Shown here piece by piece: positions 37,182-46,974 of a DNA stretch of 64,000 nucleotides. The position numbers and the translations under genes are program-made. Where the stretch lies: the IMG/VR virus record IMGVR_UViG_3300023179_000054, positions 28,408 through 92,407 of that record. The stretch is one strand, 5' to 3'. Under the pieces are notes generated by a model. It was not told the origin of the DNA. It worked only from the letters and a program-made list of their open reading frames with translations, and ran no database searches. The stretch comes from a virus. Positions within the stretch are counted from its first letter, which is position 1; each line of letters begins with the position of its first letter.

Positions 37182-37959
37182 CGTTATCTCCAAATCCAAA
37201 AGGACAAGTTCCTCGTTTTTTATTTCGTTCTCTTAATTGTAATATTTTTCGCCATCCGTAAAAAGACGTTTCGGCTGAATTAATATTTTTCATTCTATAT
37301 TCTTCTATTGTTATTAAATGATTTTTAATCTTTATTTTGTTTTCACTTAAAGGTATAATATGAACTAAAGGAGTACCTATAAGAATAGTAAATTCTTTAG
37401 TGTCATATGGATACATAATATTTACATTTGTTCCCATATTAGTATCAAATGAGATCACTCCAGGTAAAATTTTAAAATTAAATTTATCTAAAGCCCATTC
37501 CGCAGCAACCCAAATAAATTTAATTCCTTTTTTCTCTTGTAAAGACCAGGGAGAATTCAATTTCATATGATGTTGATTTGGAAACCCATTTCCTATTTGT
37601 TCTCTCGAATGAAATCCGACTGCTTGTTCTTTACCAGACCACCAATAGTGAGGTGTTGTGTTTTCTATATCCATTTCCATATGAATATCACACCAACTTT
37701 CTAAAACAATTCCCCTTTTATAAAATTCTAATATAGCCTGACAATTTTTTAAATTTAAATTATCATGTTTAAATAAATGATTTCCTGTTTTATTATCTAC
37801 TAAAAATTTATTTTTTGCTATAGGTAGTTCTTTATACCAATCAGGAAATGTTTTGCTTGCTTTTACTATAGGTGTATTTAAATACACATTATTATCATAA
37901 GTAAAGCAATCTACATGTATTTCTGGTGTCCTATGAAAAAAACTAAACATTTTTATCAC
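37174..37959 (-). CDS. AT-rich hypothetical protein
   Basis: P..A.K..PDWYK.LP, K.C, K.NSPW, ILPG and GTPL.H.IP pattern. Confidence 0.7.
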   Translation of the reverse strand: MIKMFSFFHRTPEIHVDCFTYDNNVYLNTPIVKASKTFPDWYKELPIAKNKFLVDNKTGNHLFKHDNLNLKNCQAILEFYKRGIVLESWCDIHMEMDIENTTPHYWWSGKEQAVGFHSREQIGNGFPNQHHMKLNSPWSLQEKKGIKFIWVAAEWALDKFNFKILPGVISFDTNMGTNVNIMYPYDTKEFTILIGTPLVHIIPLSENKIKIKNHLITIEEYRMKNINSAETSFYGWRKILQLRERNKKRGTCPFGFGDNDE

Positions 37960-37977
37960 TTTCTTTCATTTTGGGGC

Positions 37978-38079
37978 TTGACAAGGTTCCTAATTTGTGT
38001 GTATAATATACTCCGTATCCACCACCAAAAATAACCAAACGCTCACCGTCGAGCGAAGCGAGACAAACGCGAAGCGTTT
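37978..38079 (+). promoter_or_regulatory. plus-strand (antisense) sigma70 promoter followed by GCGAAGC mini-hairpins
   Basis: TTGACA 37978-37983, 18 nt, TATAAT 38002-38007; GCGAAGC at 38053 and 38069. Confidence 0.6.
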
Positions 38080-38371
38080 ACTTAAAGGCCGGCTCCGTAA
38101 GCATAGTCAACTTAGCAATCTGTTTCTGTAGGATTGGTCCTCTGTCCGGCCATTTAATGATAGGTTGGTCGGAATTCTTTGCTAAGTTTTGTAATAGAGG
38201 TAGATAAATCTTTCTAATGGCCTCCAATCTCTTTTTGAGATCCGTGATTTCGTCCGATACTGGTGCAATTGCCTCGGCAACTATATCATCTTCGTTTCCG
38301 AATGTGAAACCGAAATCCTCAACAAGGTCGGCATCATCGAAACTTAGGTATTCGTTTGTTTCTTTTGCCAT
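38078..38371 (-). CDS. hypothetical T4-like phage protein
   Basis: DFGF...PLL.NL.KN.....I.WP.R pattern. Confidence 0.7.
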   Translation of the reverse strand: MAKETNEYLSFDDADLVEDFGFTFGNEDDIVAEAIAPVSDEITDLKKRLEAIRKIYLPLLQNLAKNSDQPIIKWPDRGPILQKQIAKLTMLTEPAFK

Positions 38372-38784
38372 TAGTGTAGTGTCCTTTTTCCTGATAGTGC
38401 TTCTAATGCTTCTTTTAGTGCTTCGTAATCTTCTTCCGGTTCAGGTTCTTCCTCAACCGGTTCTTCTCTCTTGGTATTTAAATAATGGTCTAAACTTTCC
38501 CAATAATATTCATTCATATTTTCACTAACATCATGATATAACAAAACTTCTGATTTGGCAATATTAAACTCCTGAACATCACAAATACGAGGATAAACCC
38601 AAGGCATAAATGCTATTTGTAAATATCCTGTTGTTGTAGCAGGTACATACATAGCCTTTAAAGGATTAATAATTGTATAATATTCTCCAGTATCATCACT
38701 ATACTCATAGGCTTCGGCAACTATATCATCTCCGTTTTTCAACCTAATGAACTTAGCTATAGTAAGTTCTTCACTATCAGTCAT
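38371..38784 (-). CDS. conserved T4-like Sm-fold-like protein downstream of uvsW
   Basis: IRLKNGDDIV, NPL, F.PW and acidic C-terminus ending TLH. Confidence 0.7.
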   Translation of the reverse strand: MTDSEELTIAKFIRLKNGDDIVAEAYEYSDDTGEYYTIINPLKAMYVPATTTGYLQIAFMPWVYPRICDVQEFNIAKSEVLLYHDVSENMNEYYWESLDHYLNTKREEPVEEEPEPEEDYEALKEALEALSGKRTLH

Positions 38785-38787
38785 AAT

Positions 38788-40275
38788 TTATCCTTTTAGT
38801 TGGATTTTATAAATCTTAAACTTAAACTTTTCTTCTGAGTATGTTTTAATTCTCTCAAAGAAATGTTTTAACGTATAGTTTTCCCGCTTTTTGTGCGAAA
38901 AGTCATCGGCAATATCAAATAAGGTGGCGGATTTTTTCGTGTCAGAAAGACGGAGCCCACGACCAACGGACTGAAGGTTACGGATTTTTGATTTGGAAGG
39001 AGATGCAAATATGATGTTATCGAGGGCCACGATGTTAGTACCAGTGCTAAGAACACCAACGGACCCAACAATAATAGCATTACGCTCGTTCTCGACGATC
39101 CTACGTATTTCTTCTCGTTCACCGACATCTGTTCCTCCATGTATGTAAAAGACTTTACGCCCTTCTTTAACTTTCTTATTTAGCATAGTCTGGAGGACCT
39201 CACCATGTTTCTCTACAAAGTTAAAAAAGATAAGAGTATTACCCTCCAAAGATAATGCCAAATTAACTATGAATTGATTTCTGGCATTATTACCAACAAT
39301 ATAATTAATTTCTGTTTTATAATCGGCATTCTTCATATACATACATTCTTCTTCTGTATATTTTAACAATAGGCATTTAATACTCAACTCAGCCAATTGT
39401 TTTCTTTCCATCAATTCTGCCGATGAAATAACTTTATATGTATCACCAAACAATCCTGTTAGAGATAAATCTACACCTGGTCCATCAGGTAATGTTCCTG
39501 TAACACCGATACGATATTCAGCATTAACACAGTTGGCAACAATAGAGGACATCACCTTCATAGTTTGTGATTTCTCTACGGCACCATGTACCTCATCCAC
39601 GATAAGGTAATCAAATTGCTCAAAATACTTCTTTGGCATATTCTGCATAGACTGCCAAGTGGAAATAATTAAAGGACAATCAACATTCTTTTCTTTACCA
39701 GAATAGATACGATGACAATACTTAGACATATCTTTTCCATTTTTGGAAGAATAGTCCTCGAAATCTGAATACATTTGTTCTACAAGGGCCGCTCTTGGTA
39801 CAATCAATAGTCCTCTTTTACCTTGTTTCATTAGATACATAAAGAGCATATATTGTAATAGAGATTTACCTGAACCTGTAGGAGAAAGAATAATCTTTCT
39901 TTTAGAACGAATAGCATGGACGAATCCGTCCATTTGATAGTCTCTTGGTGCGTGTTTTGGGTTTAGGTTTTCCACAAAAGACTGAGCTTGACTTAGTGAA
40001 AAGTCAGTATCATAAACCTCATCCGGATACTCATACGAATAACCTCTATCTTCGGCCCATTTGATAATCTTGTTGACAAGGCCTCGATATACTGTTTTAG
40101 TATTAGGATTATACATACGAATATAACCATCCCATAACTTTTGTTTATAGGAAGGTATAAACTGAAACCCTTGTGGACGGAATGAAAAAGCATCACGGAG
40201 TTCCCATCCGATGCTTTGATCACAATCAATCTTTACATAAGACTGATTAACATTCCTGATATACATATCGGTCAT
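38788..40275 (-). CDS. uvsW: UvsW helicase
   Basis: WDG.IR, RDYQ, SPTGSGKS, DEVH, GVTGT and QSVGRGLR. Confidence 0.96.
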   Translation of the reverse strand: MTDMYIRNVNQSYVKIDCDQSIGWELRDAFSFRPQGFQFIPSYKQKLWDGYIRMYNPNTKTVYRGLVNKIIKWAEDRGYSYEYPDEVYDTDFSLSQAQSFVENLNPKHAPRDYQMDGFVHAIRSKRKIILSPTGSGKSLLQYMLFMYLMKQGKRGLLIVPRAALVEQMYSDFEDYSSKNGKDMSKYCHRIYSGKEKNVDCPLIISTWQSMQNMPKKYFEQFDYLIVDEVHGAVEKSQTMKVMSSIVANCVNAEYRIGVTGTLPDGPGVDLSLTGLFGDTYKVISSAELMERKQLAELSIKCLLLKYTEEECMYMKNADYKTEINYIVGNNARNQFIVNLALSLEGNTLIFFNFVEKHGEVLQTMLNKKVKEGRKVFYIHGGTDVGEREEIRRIVENERNAIIVGSVGVLSTGTNIVALDNIIFASPSKSKIRNLQSVGRGLRLSDTKKSATLFDIADDFSHKKRENYTLKHFFERIKTYSEEKFKFKIYKIQLKG

Positions 40276-40721
40276 TAATTACCTTTACAGAACCTTACAT
40301 AATCCACCACGGACTTTAATTCGTAAGACCTGTTATTTAGAGACTTTAAAATCATAGAGCAATACTCTACAATCTCATCCTGTAATTGTTTCTTTAAAAG
40401 GAGTTTGGTTAGAATAGGGTCGGTTTCCATTCTTTGAGGGAGTTTTGGTAATGATACCTGTCCTTGAAACTGGTCCCATCCTTCTTTATCTAAATCTTCC
40501 TTATCCATTTCACCCATATAATAAGCCCGTCTTTTCTCTTTCATGTCCTTATATTTAAGGTCAAGACTTAGGGAAACGTGTCTGTGGTGAGACCAAATGG
40601 AAAGGTATTTTGCGTGTAGATTAGGAATCTTCATTAGTTCCAAATCTACATTATCTCTATCAATAATACAATCCTTTGACCATTCTTTATCAAGGTCTTC
40701 AGTTGTCACTGGTGCTTTCAT
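40275..40721 (-). CDS. uvsY: recombination mediator UvsY
   Basis: W.KD..ID, P.LH.KY, YY.G and R.Y..K; synteny with uvsW. Confidence 0.88.
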   Translation of the reverse strand: MKAPVTTEDLDKEWSKDCIIDRDNVDLELMKIPNLHAKYLSIWSHHRHVSLSLDLKYKDMKEKRRAYYMGEMDKEDLDKEGWDQFQGQVSLPKLPQRMETDPILTKLLLKKQLQDEIVEYCSMILKSLNNRSYELKSVVDYVRFCKGN

Positions 40722-40736
40722 AATGTTCCTTTTGAT

Positions 40737-40790
40737 TCATAAACAGATCATATGACGCTATAATGTATCATAAACAGATCATTAAGTCAA
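40737..40790 (-). repeat. 15-nt direct repeat (TCATAAACAGATCAT x2) within the uvsY promoter TTGACT-17-TACATT
   Basis: copies at 40737-40751 and 40768-40782. Confidence 0.75.
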
Positions 40791-41309
40791 GCGTTCAATT
40801 TCAAATAGGTCGTATCGGAAGGTAAAATCTGCGGTAGGAATAACATCAGCATCGACCTTGGTATCAAAAGAAACCAGGCCAATAGATGTTGGATGGCAGT
40901 TATGAAACTTGACACGAATATTAGGATTATTCGCATTAGTATTAACGGTGAGGTATCCGTCAAAGTAAAGAGGAGTCATAACATCTCTAACAGTTTTTCT
41001 GGCATACTCATCATAACTCTGTGGTCTTGTTAATGACTTTAACCAGTTATAGGTCTCTTCCCAGACACGGAGGTCTTCATCCATGATAGCGGTGATAGTA
41101 AACGCATCAAATACTAATTTATCACCATGCCTATAGGTATTTGAGAAAGGAGTTGGTATTACAACCTCAGTTGTAGATACGGAAGGTAATGAAACCGTCT
41201 GACAGAAATACTTTAAGAATGGTTTATCTGGAATGATAAACGTGAACTTAGTGGACTGGAGAATAGAAGTATTCTGTGGTGTATTAGCGGTTAAACTTTC
41301 TATTGACAT
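40782..41309 (-). CDS. gp3: tail completion / tube terminator protein
   Basis: F.F...P...YFCQ.V.LP, DEDL..W.E.Y.W and F....PTS. Confidence 0.85.
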   Translation of the reverse strand: MSIESLTANTPQNTSILQSTKFTFIIPDKPFLKYFCQTVSLPSVSTTEVVIPTPFSNTYRHGDKLVFDAFTITAIMDEDLRVWEETYNWLKSLTRPQSYDEYARKTVRDVMTPLYFDGYLTVNTNANNPNIRVKFHNCHPTSIGLVSFDTKVDADVIPTADFTFRYDLFEIERLT

Positions 41310-41336
41310 TTGTTCCTCCGTCCATTATTTAGGCAT

Positions 41337-41364
41337 AAAAAAAGAGAGGGCCGAAGCCCTCTCT
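41337..41364 (-). terminator. intrinsic terminator after gp23 (C-UUCG-G loop)
   Basis: AGAGAGGGC-TTCG-GCCCTCTCT plus T-tract. Confidence 0.92.
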
Positions 41365-41390
41365 CTTGGTCGATTACTCGACTCTTATTA

Positions 41391-42734
41391 TTAGGTAAGA
41401 TTACGAACGCGGAAGATGCGGTAGTAAATGTTAGCATTACCAGCTGTGTCGCGGTCGCCAACAACGCCGTCGCCAGCAGAGGTAGCAAATGGGTTTGCAA
41501 CCATGCCGTAACGGGTCTTAAAGCCAATCTTTGGCTGGAATGTGTCTTGGCCGATTGCACGAACCATCTGTAGTGGAACGTATGGGCAATAGAACAAGCC
41601 AGCATCGAATGGTGACTGACCACGGTAACCAACGGTTACAAGCTCGTCGCCGTTTGCTGAACCACCGAAGTAAGGATCGATATAAACCTTAATGCGGCCG
41701 TGAAGCATACCAACGAAGGTGTTGCCTGTATCGTCAACTGTTAGATCAGCAGAAAGAGCAGGTGTGTAAGAAAGAACACCGGCCATAGCCATAGCGGATG
41801 CAACGTCTGAAGAAACGATCAGAACGTTACCTTTGCCGCGACGGGTTGCCTTAGCAATAGCGTTTGCTTCTCTTTCGATGTGGAAGATAAGACCTTTGAA
41901 CTTCTCAACTGACCAACGGCCGTTTGAGTCTGTGTCAAGATCGAATGTACCAGCGGTTGTAACACCATACTGAGCACCGACTGTAGCAGAACGATAGATT
42001 GTTCTGATGACTTCGCGGTTGATTTCAGCCAAGATTTCTGTTGAAAGAATGTTGGCCAATTCTGTCTCAGCATCAAGGCCGTGAATGGCTTTAAGATCCT
42101 GAGCAAGCTCTGTGGTGTATTCTGCTTTTAGTGCACGGCTACGAGCGGTAACAGTTACCTTGTCGATAGCGAATGCCATTTCAGCAAAGTGATTGCCAGC
42201 AGCATCGCCGAGTGCTTCAGCTTGTGCTGTTGTCATGCCTTTACCAACGCCATATGCAGTATTAGCACCGAGAAGGTCGGCAACTGGATTGGTGTTAGCA
42301 AAGTCACCCATAACTGCGCCAGCGAGGCCGCCAGCTGAGTTCTGTGATGAGAAGGCAGTGTTTGCTTCATAGAAGAGAGCTTCGTTGCCGTTCATGACTT
42401 TATACTTAGAACGCATAGCGAAGATGAGGCCGGTAGGACCGGTCATTGGCTGAACGCCGCAAACGTCATAAGCGATTAGGTTAGGAAGCGCACGACGAAC
42501 GAGTGAAATCAAGATTGGATCGTATGAACCAATGTTTGTACCAGCACCGAGGCCGCCACCTGAGTTGGTAGGAGCGGATTCGTTAAGAGTGCGGGACTCT
42601 TCTGCCATTGCTTTTTCTTGGTTCTCAAGAATTACGGCTGTAACCGCACGGCGGTATGGGTCCTTAATTGCTGAGAGACCATCATGGTCCAATACTGGGG
42701 ACCACTTTGACTCTAGATTTTCTGTAAGATACAT
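41391..42734 (-). CDS. gp23: major capsid protein
   Basis: KW.P.L, LENQ, GVQPMTGPTGLIFAMR, SRALKAEYT.ELAQDLKAIHGLDAE and FQPKIGFKTRYG. Confidence 0.99.
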   Translation of the reverse strand: MYLTENLESKWSPVLDHDGLSAIKDPYRRAVTAVILENQEKAMAEESRTLNESAPTNSGGGLGAGTNIGSYDPILISLVRRALPNLIAYDVCGVQPMTGPTGLIFAMRSKYKVMNGNEALFYEANTAFSSQNSAGGLAGAVMGDFANTNPVADLLGANTAYGVGKGMTTAQAEALGDAAGNHFAEMAFAIDKVTVTARSRALKAEYTTELAQDLKAIHGLDAETELANILSTEILAEINREVIRTIYRSATVGAQYGVTTAGTFDLDTDSNGRWSVEKFKGLIFHIEREANAIAKATRRGKGNVLIVSSDVASAMAMAGVLSYTPALSADLTVDDTGNTFVGMLHGRIKVYIDPYFGGSANGDELVTVGYRGQSPFDAGLFYCPYVPLQMVRAIGQDTFQPKIGFKTRYGMVANPFATSAGDGVVGDRDTAGNANIYYRIFRVRNLT

Positions 42735-42775
42735 TTTAGTTTCCTTCTTTCTATGTTAACTAAAGTTAGTTTAAA

Positions 42776-44233
42776 TTACTTTGGAAGATTTCTGCCAAGT
42801 GCTTGGACATATTTAGCCATTGGACCTTCAAGAGTTGATTCGTTAATCATCTTTGGATCTGCTGACTCAACACGGTCAAGAACAGCATCGCTCTTAACAG
42901 CAGTTGGGAAATAGTTCTCCCTTAGTGTTGAAATTTTTTCGATAAATTGGTCATCGTCTGTATAAACAACACTTTCGACAAGACCTTTTAGTTTCTCAGC
43001 TTGGGTGTTGGTTAGACCTTCACAAACGTAAGCAACCAATTCATTCTTACGGGACTCGTTAAGTTGTGCTGTTAGAGCAACACCTCTTTCGATTTCCTCG
43101 TTAAGTCTTGATTCAAGTTCTTCAACTGTTTGTGATAGTTCTTCTACAACGGCAACTTCCTCTTCAGGAATGTCGATGTAGTGTTCGGCGAATAGTGAAC
43201 GTAGGCCACTAATGAAATCTTCAGTAAGTTCGCTACGGAGAGCGGACTCAACGGCAACCTCATTCTCTTCGATCCATTGTTCAACTACGTAATTGAGGTA
43301 GTTATCAACGTCTGTTGATAGTTGCTCCATGATTTCAGCAACTCTTTCCTCAAGAGTCTCGGCATAAGCCTGCTCAAGTAGGGCAACTTCTTCTTCGAGT
43401 TTTGCTTTTACAGCAGCTTCAAAGATTGTTGTAGCCTTGGCATGGAAATCTTCTGAAAGGTTTTCACCTTCGAGGAGGGCATTAACATGCTCTGACATAT
43501 CAACTTGGTAATCTTCAAGAGCGGACTCTTCTTCGTTGATAAATTCAAAGTTTTCTTCGATAGCAGCAAGGAGTTCTTCTTCTGAAAGACCTGCTTCGAT
43601 GCCTTCGTTGATGAAATCTTCGAGTTCTTCGGAGAGTTCAAATTCTTCCTCTTCCTTCATGCACTCTTTATCTTCATCTTCTTCATCTTCTTCGTCTTTT
43701 TCTTTTTTAGCCTCTTCGATAGCCTTAACGCCAGCTACCTTAACATTGGACTTAATTCTTTTGATACGTGCAGCAACGTTTTCAGCCTTAGCCTCTTCTG
43801 CTTCCGCAACGACTTCACCTTCAACCTCTTCGTCCTCAGCAAGTGAAGAACCTGATGGTTGTGGTGCAATTTTCTTCATAGCCTCACCCTTAACGGATGA
43901 TGTAGATGACTTTGATGTGTCTTTGCCAACTTTCTTAGCGGCTTCTGCACCAAGATTTTCATCGGCAACTTTTGTTGGTGTAGCACCGTCCAAATCTTCT
44001 ACGCCATCGAAAGATGATGGAGCAGGAGCATTTGGATTAGCATGACGTCCTTCAACGGCCTTTGAACCTGGACGTAATGTTTTAGCATTACCTGTTGATG
44101 CTGTTGAAGGGTCAACTGGATTAGGATTAGAAACAGAACCATTACCCACTGATGGATAGTTGATGCCATAACCTTCTTCTAATTTCTTACCTTCAAGCAC
44201 AGCTTTCGCTGCTTCTGTTAGTGATTTACCCAT
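42776..44233 (-). CDS. gp22: prohead core scaffold protein
   Basis: acidic; LSEDF..KA.TIFEAAV, YLNYVVEQW..EN and L.E.YF. Confidence 0.93.
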   Translation of the reverse strand: MGKSLTEAAKAVLEGKKLEEGYGINYPSVGNGSVSNPNPVDPSTASTGNAKTLRPGSKAVEGRHANPNAPAPSSFDGVEDLDGATPTKVADENLGAEAAKKVGKDTSKSSTSSVKGEAMKKIAPQPSGSSLAEDEEVEGEVVAEAEEAKAENVAARIKRIKSNVKVAGVKAIEEAKKEKDEEDEEDEDKECMKEEEEFELSEELEDFINEGIEAGLSEEELLAAIEENFEFINEEESALEDYQVDMSEHVNALLEGENLSEDFHAKATTIFEAAVKAKLEEEVALLEQAYAETLEERVAEIMEQLSTDVDNYLNYVVEQWIEENEVAVESALRSELTEDFISGLRSLFAEHYIDIPEEEVAVVEELSQTVEELESRLNEEIERGVALTAQLNESRKNELVAYVCEGLTNTQAEKLKGLVESVVYTDDDQFIEKISTLRENYFPTAVKSDAVLDRVESADPKMINESTLEGPMAKYVQALGRNLPK

Positions 44234-44275
44234 TTTTAGGATACTCCTTTTTTATTCCTATGTTATTTAGTATTT

Positions 44276-44923
44276 TCAAAGTTTTGAAATATAATTTTCA
44301 AAAATCTTTAAGGCTACTGATTCCAATTCATGTCTGGAAGACTCTTTAATAAGTTTTCTCGCACGGTCATTATGCATTTCTGTCCACTGACCATTTAAGA
44401 ATACCCACTCTCTACCTTCCATAATACCACGAACGAATGCCTCTGGTGCTGATGGGTCGGCCACAACATCTGCTGCTGTTGCTAACTTGTAATCATCTTG
44501 GACTTGTTGAAAACCGTTGTGTGCTTTTAGAGACCCTACGCCTCTTGTTGACACACCAAGGCTTGCACCACCATCTAGTAAACTCTTAACGATTTTTCCG
44601 TTTGGAGTATCTAAAATCTTTGCTTTACCAATAAAGTTTGTCCCGTCAGGATGTAATGATGTAATCATGTGAGACACACGGTCTAGGTTGATTTGTGGAT
44701 TTTCTGGATGACCTAGCTCACCAAATGCTCTGTTCTTTTGAACGTATTCGCGGTTATATCTGTCCGCTTCTTTTGAGAGGACACTCATAGGATATACACG
44801 ACCGTTTCTATTGACTTTTTCAGCCTGCATGAAAATGCCGGTGATGAAGTGGTTCTTTCCACCTTTACCATTATCCTCAACAAGATACTGAATGTCTAAT
44901 ATTTCTTCGGTTATAAGTTTCAT
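44276..44923 (-). CDS. gp21: prohead protease
   Basis: MKLITE, NRNGR.YP, GELGHP, GVSTRG.GS and DPSAP.A. Confidence 0.97.
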   Translation of the reverse strand: MKLITEEILDIQYLVEDNGKGGKNHFITGIFMQAEKVNRNGRVYPMSVLSKEADRYNREYVQKNRAFGELGHPENPQINLDRVSHMITSLHPDGTNFIGKAKILDTPNGKIVKSLLDGGASLGVSTRGVGSLKAHNGFQQVQDDYKLATAADVVADPSAPEAFVRGIMEGREWVFLNGQWTEMHNDRARKLIKESSRHELESVALKIFENYISKL

Positions 44924-44958
44924 TTGTTTCCTCTACCTTATAGGTATATTTAGTTAAT

Positions 44959-45549
44959 TTATTCCTCGGCGAGGTCAGCAAGACCTCTTACAATATTTTT
45001 ACCAACAGTTCCTATTCCATAACCTACAGCACCTGCTACTTTTCCTGCTCTCGCAACTTTACCAGCTGGTGAATTTGCCACTCTACTTACAACGGTTCTA
45101 TGGCCTCTTGCTTGTAATTTTTTTGCTCTATCCATTATTCTATTATATTTTTCGGATGGATCTTGAGTAGCACTCTTTGCCATCAATCTTGGTAATCCAC
45201 CTTCAGGAACTTTAGAAAGCAAAGATGCTTGTCTTTTTCTATCCGCTTCATCATCTTCTGTTGATTCATCAACTTTTATATCTTTTAATCTCTTTTTCCT
45301 CTTTTTTTGTGCAATATCATATGAACTTAAACCTAAACCACCTTTTTCTGGTGGCGCAGATGCTTTAACATATCCTGCTTTTTTACGTGCTTCAATATCC
45401 GCTTTAGTCATACCACCCAAGGCCTCGGCCTGAATTTGCTTTTTAGCTTCCAATAGTTTTTGTTCTACGATTTCTTCAATACGAGATTCAAAAATCTTTG
45501 TAGCAGATACATAATCTTCGGAGATGATGCTTTCTAATAGATTAGACAT
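44959..45549 (-). CDS. putative prohead core / internal head protein
   Basis: between gp20 and gp21; gp67-like N-terminus, xxE motifs, basic segments. Confidence 0.6.
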   Translation of the reverse strand: MSNLLESIISEDYVSATKIFESRIEEIVEQKLLEAKKQIQAEALGGMTKADIEARKKAGYVKASAPPEKGGLGLSSYDIAQKKRKKRLKDIKVDESTEDDEADRKRQASLLSKVPEGGLPRLMAKSATQDPSEKYNRIMDRAKKLQARGHRTVVSRVANSPAGKVARAGKVAGAVGYGIGTVGKNIVRGLADLAEE

Positions 45550-46037
45550 TAAACAACTCCAGTTTTGTTAAATGCGATTGGATCGGCAGTCTGGCCTTGG
45601 TCATAATCTCTCGCATCTTTCTTGAGATCGATGAAAAGAGTCCAAGAATCCGTTGTAGCAGCGGTACTTGTATATACTATATCACCGCTTGTATTCCCTG
45701 ATAGAGGAATAGAAGCAGTTAGTCCTTCAGCATCAAAGTTATAATCAAACTGTCCATCACCAAATGATACAATATAATCGTTATTGCCGCCCCATTTTAG
45801 AATAACATTTTTACCTTGGGTCATCTGTCCTTGACCCCAAATTCTTTTAATTGTATGGCGATAAACATTTTTTTTATCAACACCACCAGTCATAATTTGG
45901 CCACTTGTATTGAGAGCATATGACAAATTAGATACAAGTAGTAATGTATTAGAATCACCACCGCCAGTACCAACAAATTTGATAACGGATCTTCTATTGC
46001 TATCGACTAATGTTTGTGTTGTTATAACTGTTGCCAT
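45549..46037 (-). CDS. putative virion structural protein
   Basis: 162-aa ORF in the head cluster. Confidence 0.6.
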   Translation of the reverse strand: MATVITTQTLVDSNRRSVIKFVGTGGGDSNTLLLVSNLSYALNTSGQIMTGGVDKKNVYRHTIKRIWGQGQMTQGKNVILKWGGNNDYIVSFGDGQFDYNFDAEGLTASIPLSGNTSGDIVYTSTAATTDSWTLFIDLKKDARDYDQGQTADPIAFNKTGVV

Positions 46038-46039
46038 TT

Positions 46040-46963
46040 TTAATTCCTAATTGAAAAATTTAATAGTTTTTTGAAGGACTCAAGGTCTTCATTTAACATA
46101 CCTTCAACAATCTTTTTGTTCTTGGTATTAACCGAGTCATATACTTCAAGAATTCTTTTAGCCATACTGGTATTTAGTGTAATTGACCGTCCGTTTATAA
46201 GAAGGTCTTTTGTTTCAATACCTTCGTTAACCATTTTACGTATATCGACAATTTTATTTTCTGCTACAGTTTTAGATGCCTGAGCATCTTTTCTAACCAT
46301 CTCTCTTTGTCTTACCTGGTCAATAGGTCTGGCAGACGGTGAATTTTCCCATGAACTATGAGTCTTTGCTGTTGGTTTATCTCTTAATAATTCACCACTC
46401 GGTCTTTCAGCAGGAGTTGAATCATCTGCTTTATTACCATCATCTTTTTTAGGTGTTAAAGCAGATTTAAATGCCTGTCTTGCGGCACTTTTTGCCATAC
46501 TTTTAGCAAATCTTCCTACTGATGATCTTCCTAATTTAGATATACCCGATCTTGCTGCACCAAGAGCGGCTCTGGCACCACCTGTTAAGGCGGCCCTGGC
46601 GCCCGCACCGGCAAGCATTTCAGCACCAGCTGCTAATGCTGGTATTGCTGCTTGTATAAACTCATCTAATTGTTCCTCATCCAACACAACTGCTTCACTC
46701 AAATTGAGATTGCCAGTTGGACCAAAAGGAATAGAAAGATACTTATCAACCAACTTAGAATAGTATAGTGCCACAACTTGTTTATTTGGATATAGTCTAA
46801 ATGACACTCTTCTAAAGATAAGCAAAGAAGGCATATCTTTTGTTGCTGGCACGGTTAACATGGATGATTTGTTAGATTTATCCTCAAGCATAAACTCCTC
46901 AGGAAGTTCCTGAGTCATATATTTACTATTATATTCTTCTCTAATCTGCTTGAGGGTTTTCAT
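46040..46963 (-). CDS. putative prohead core / internal protein
   Basis: MKTLKQIRE start, LSE/LDE motifs, Ala/Gly/Arg amphipathic middle. Confidence 0.6.
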   Translation of the reverse strand: MKTLKQIREEYNSKYMTQELPEEFMLEDKSNKSSMLTVPATKDMPSLLIFRRVSFRLYPNKQVVALYYSKLVDKYLSIPFGPTGNLNLSEAVVLDEEQLDEFIQAAIPALAAGAEMLAGAGARAALTGGARAALGAARSGISKLGRSSVGRFAKSMAKSAARQAFKSALTPKKDDGNKADDSTPAERPSGELLRDKPTAKTHSSWENSPSARPIDQVRQREMVRKDAQASKTVAENKIVDIRKMVNEGIETKDLLINGRSITLNTSMAKRILEVYDSVNTKNKKIVEGMLNEDLESFKKLLNFSIRN

Positions 46964-46974
46964 ATTATAATCCT

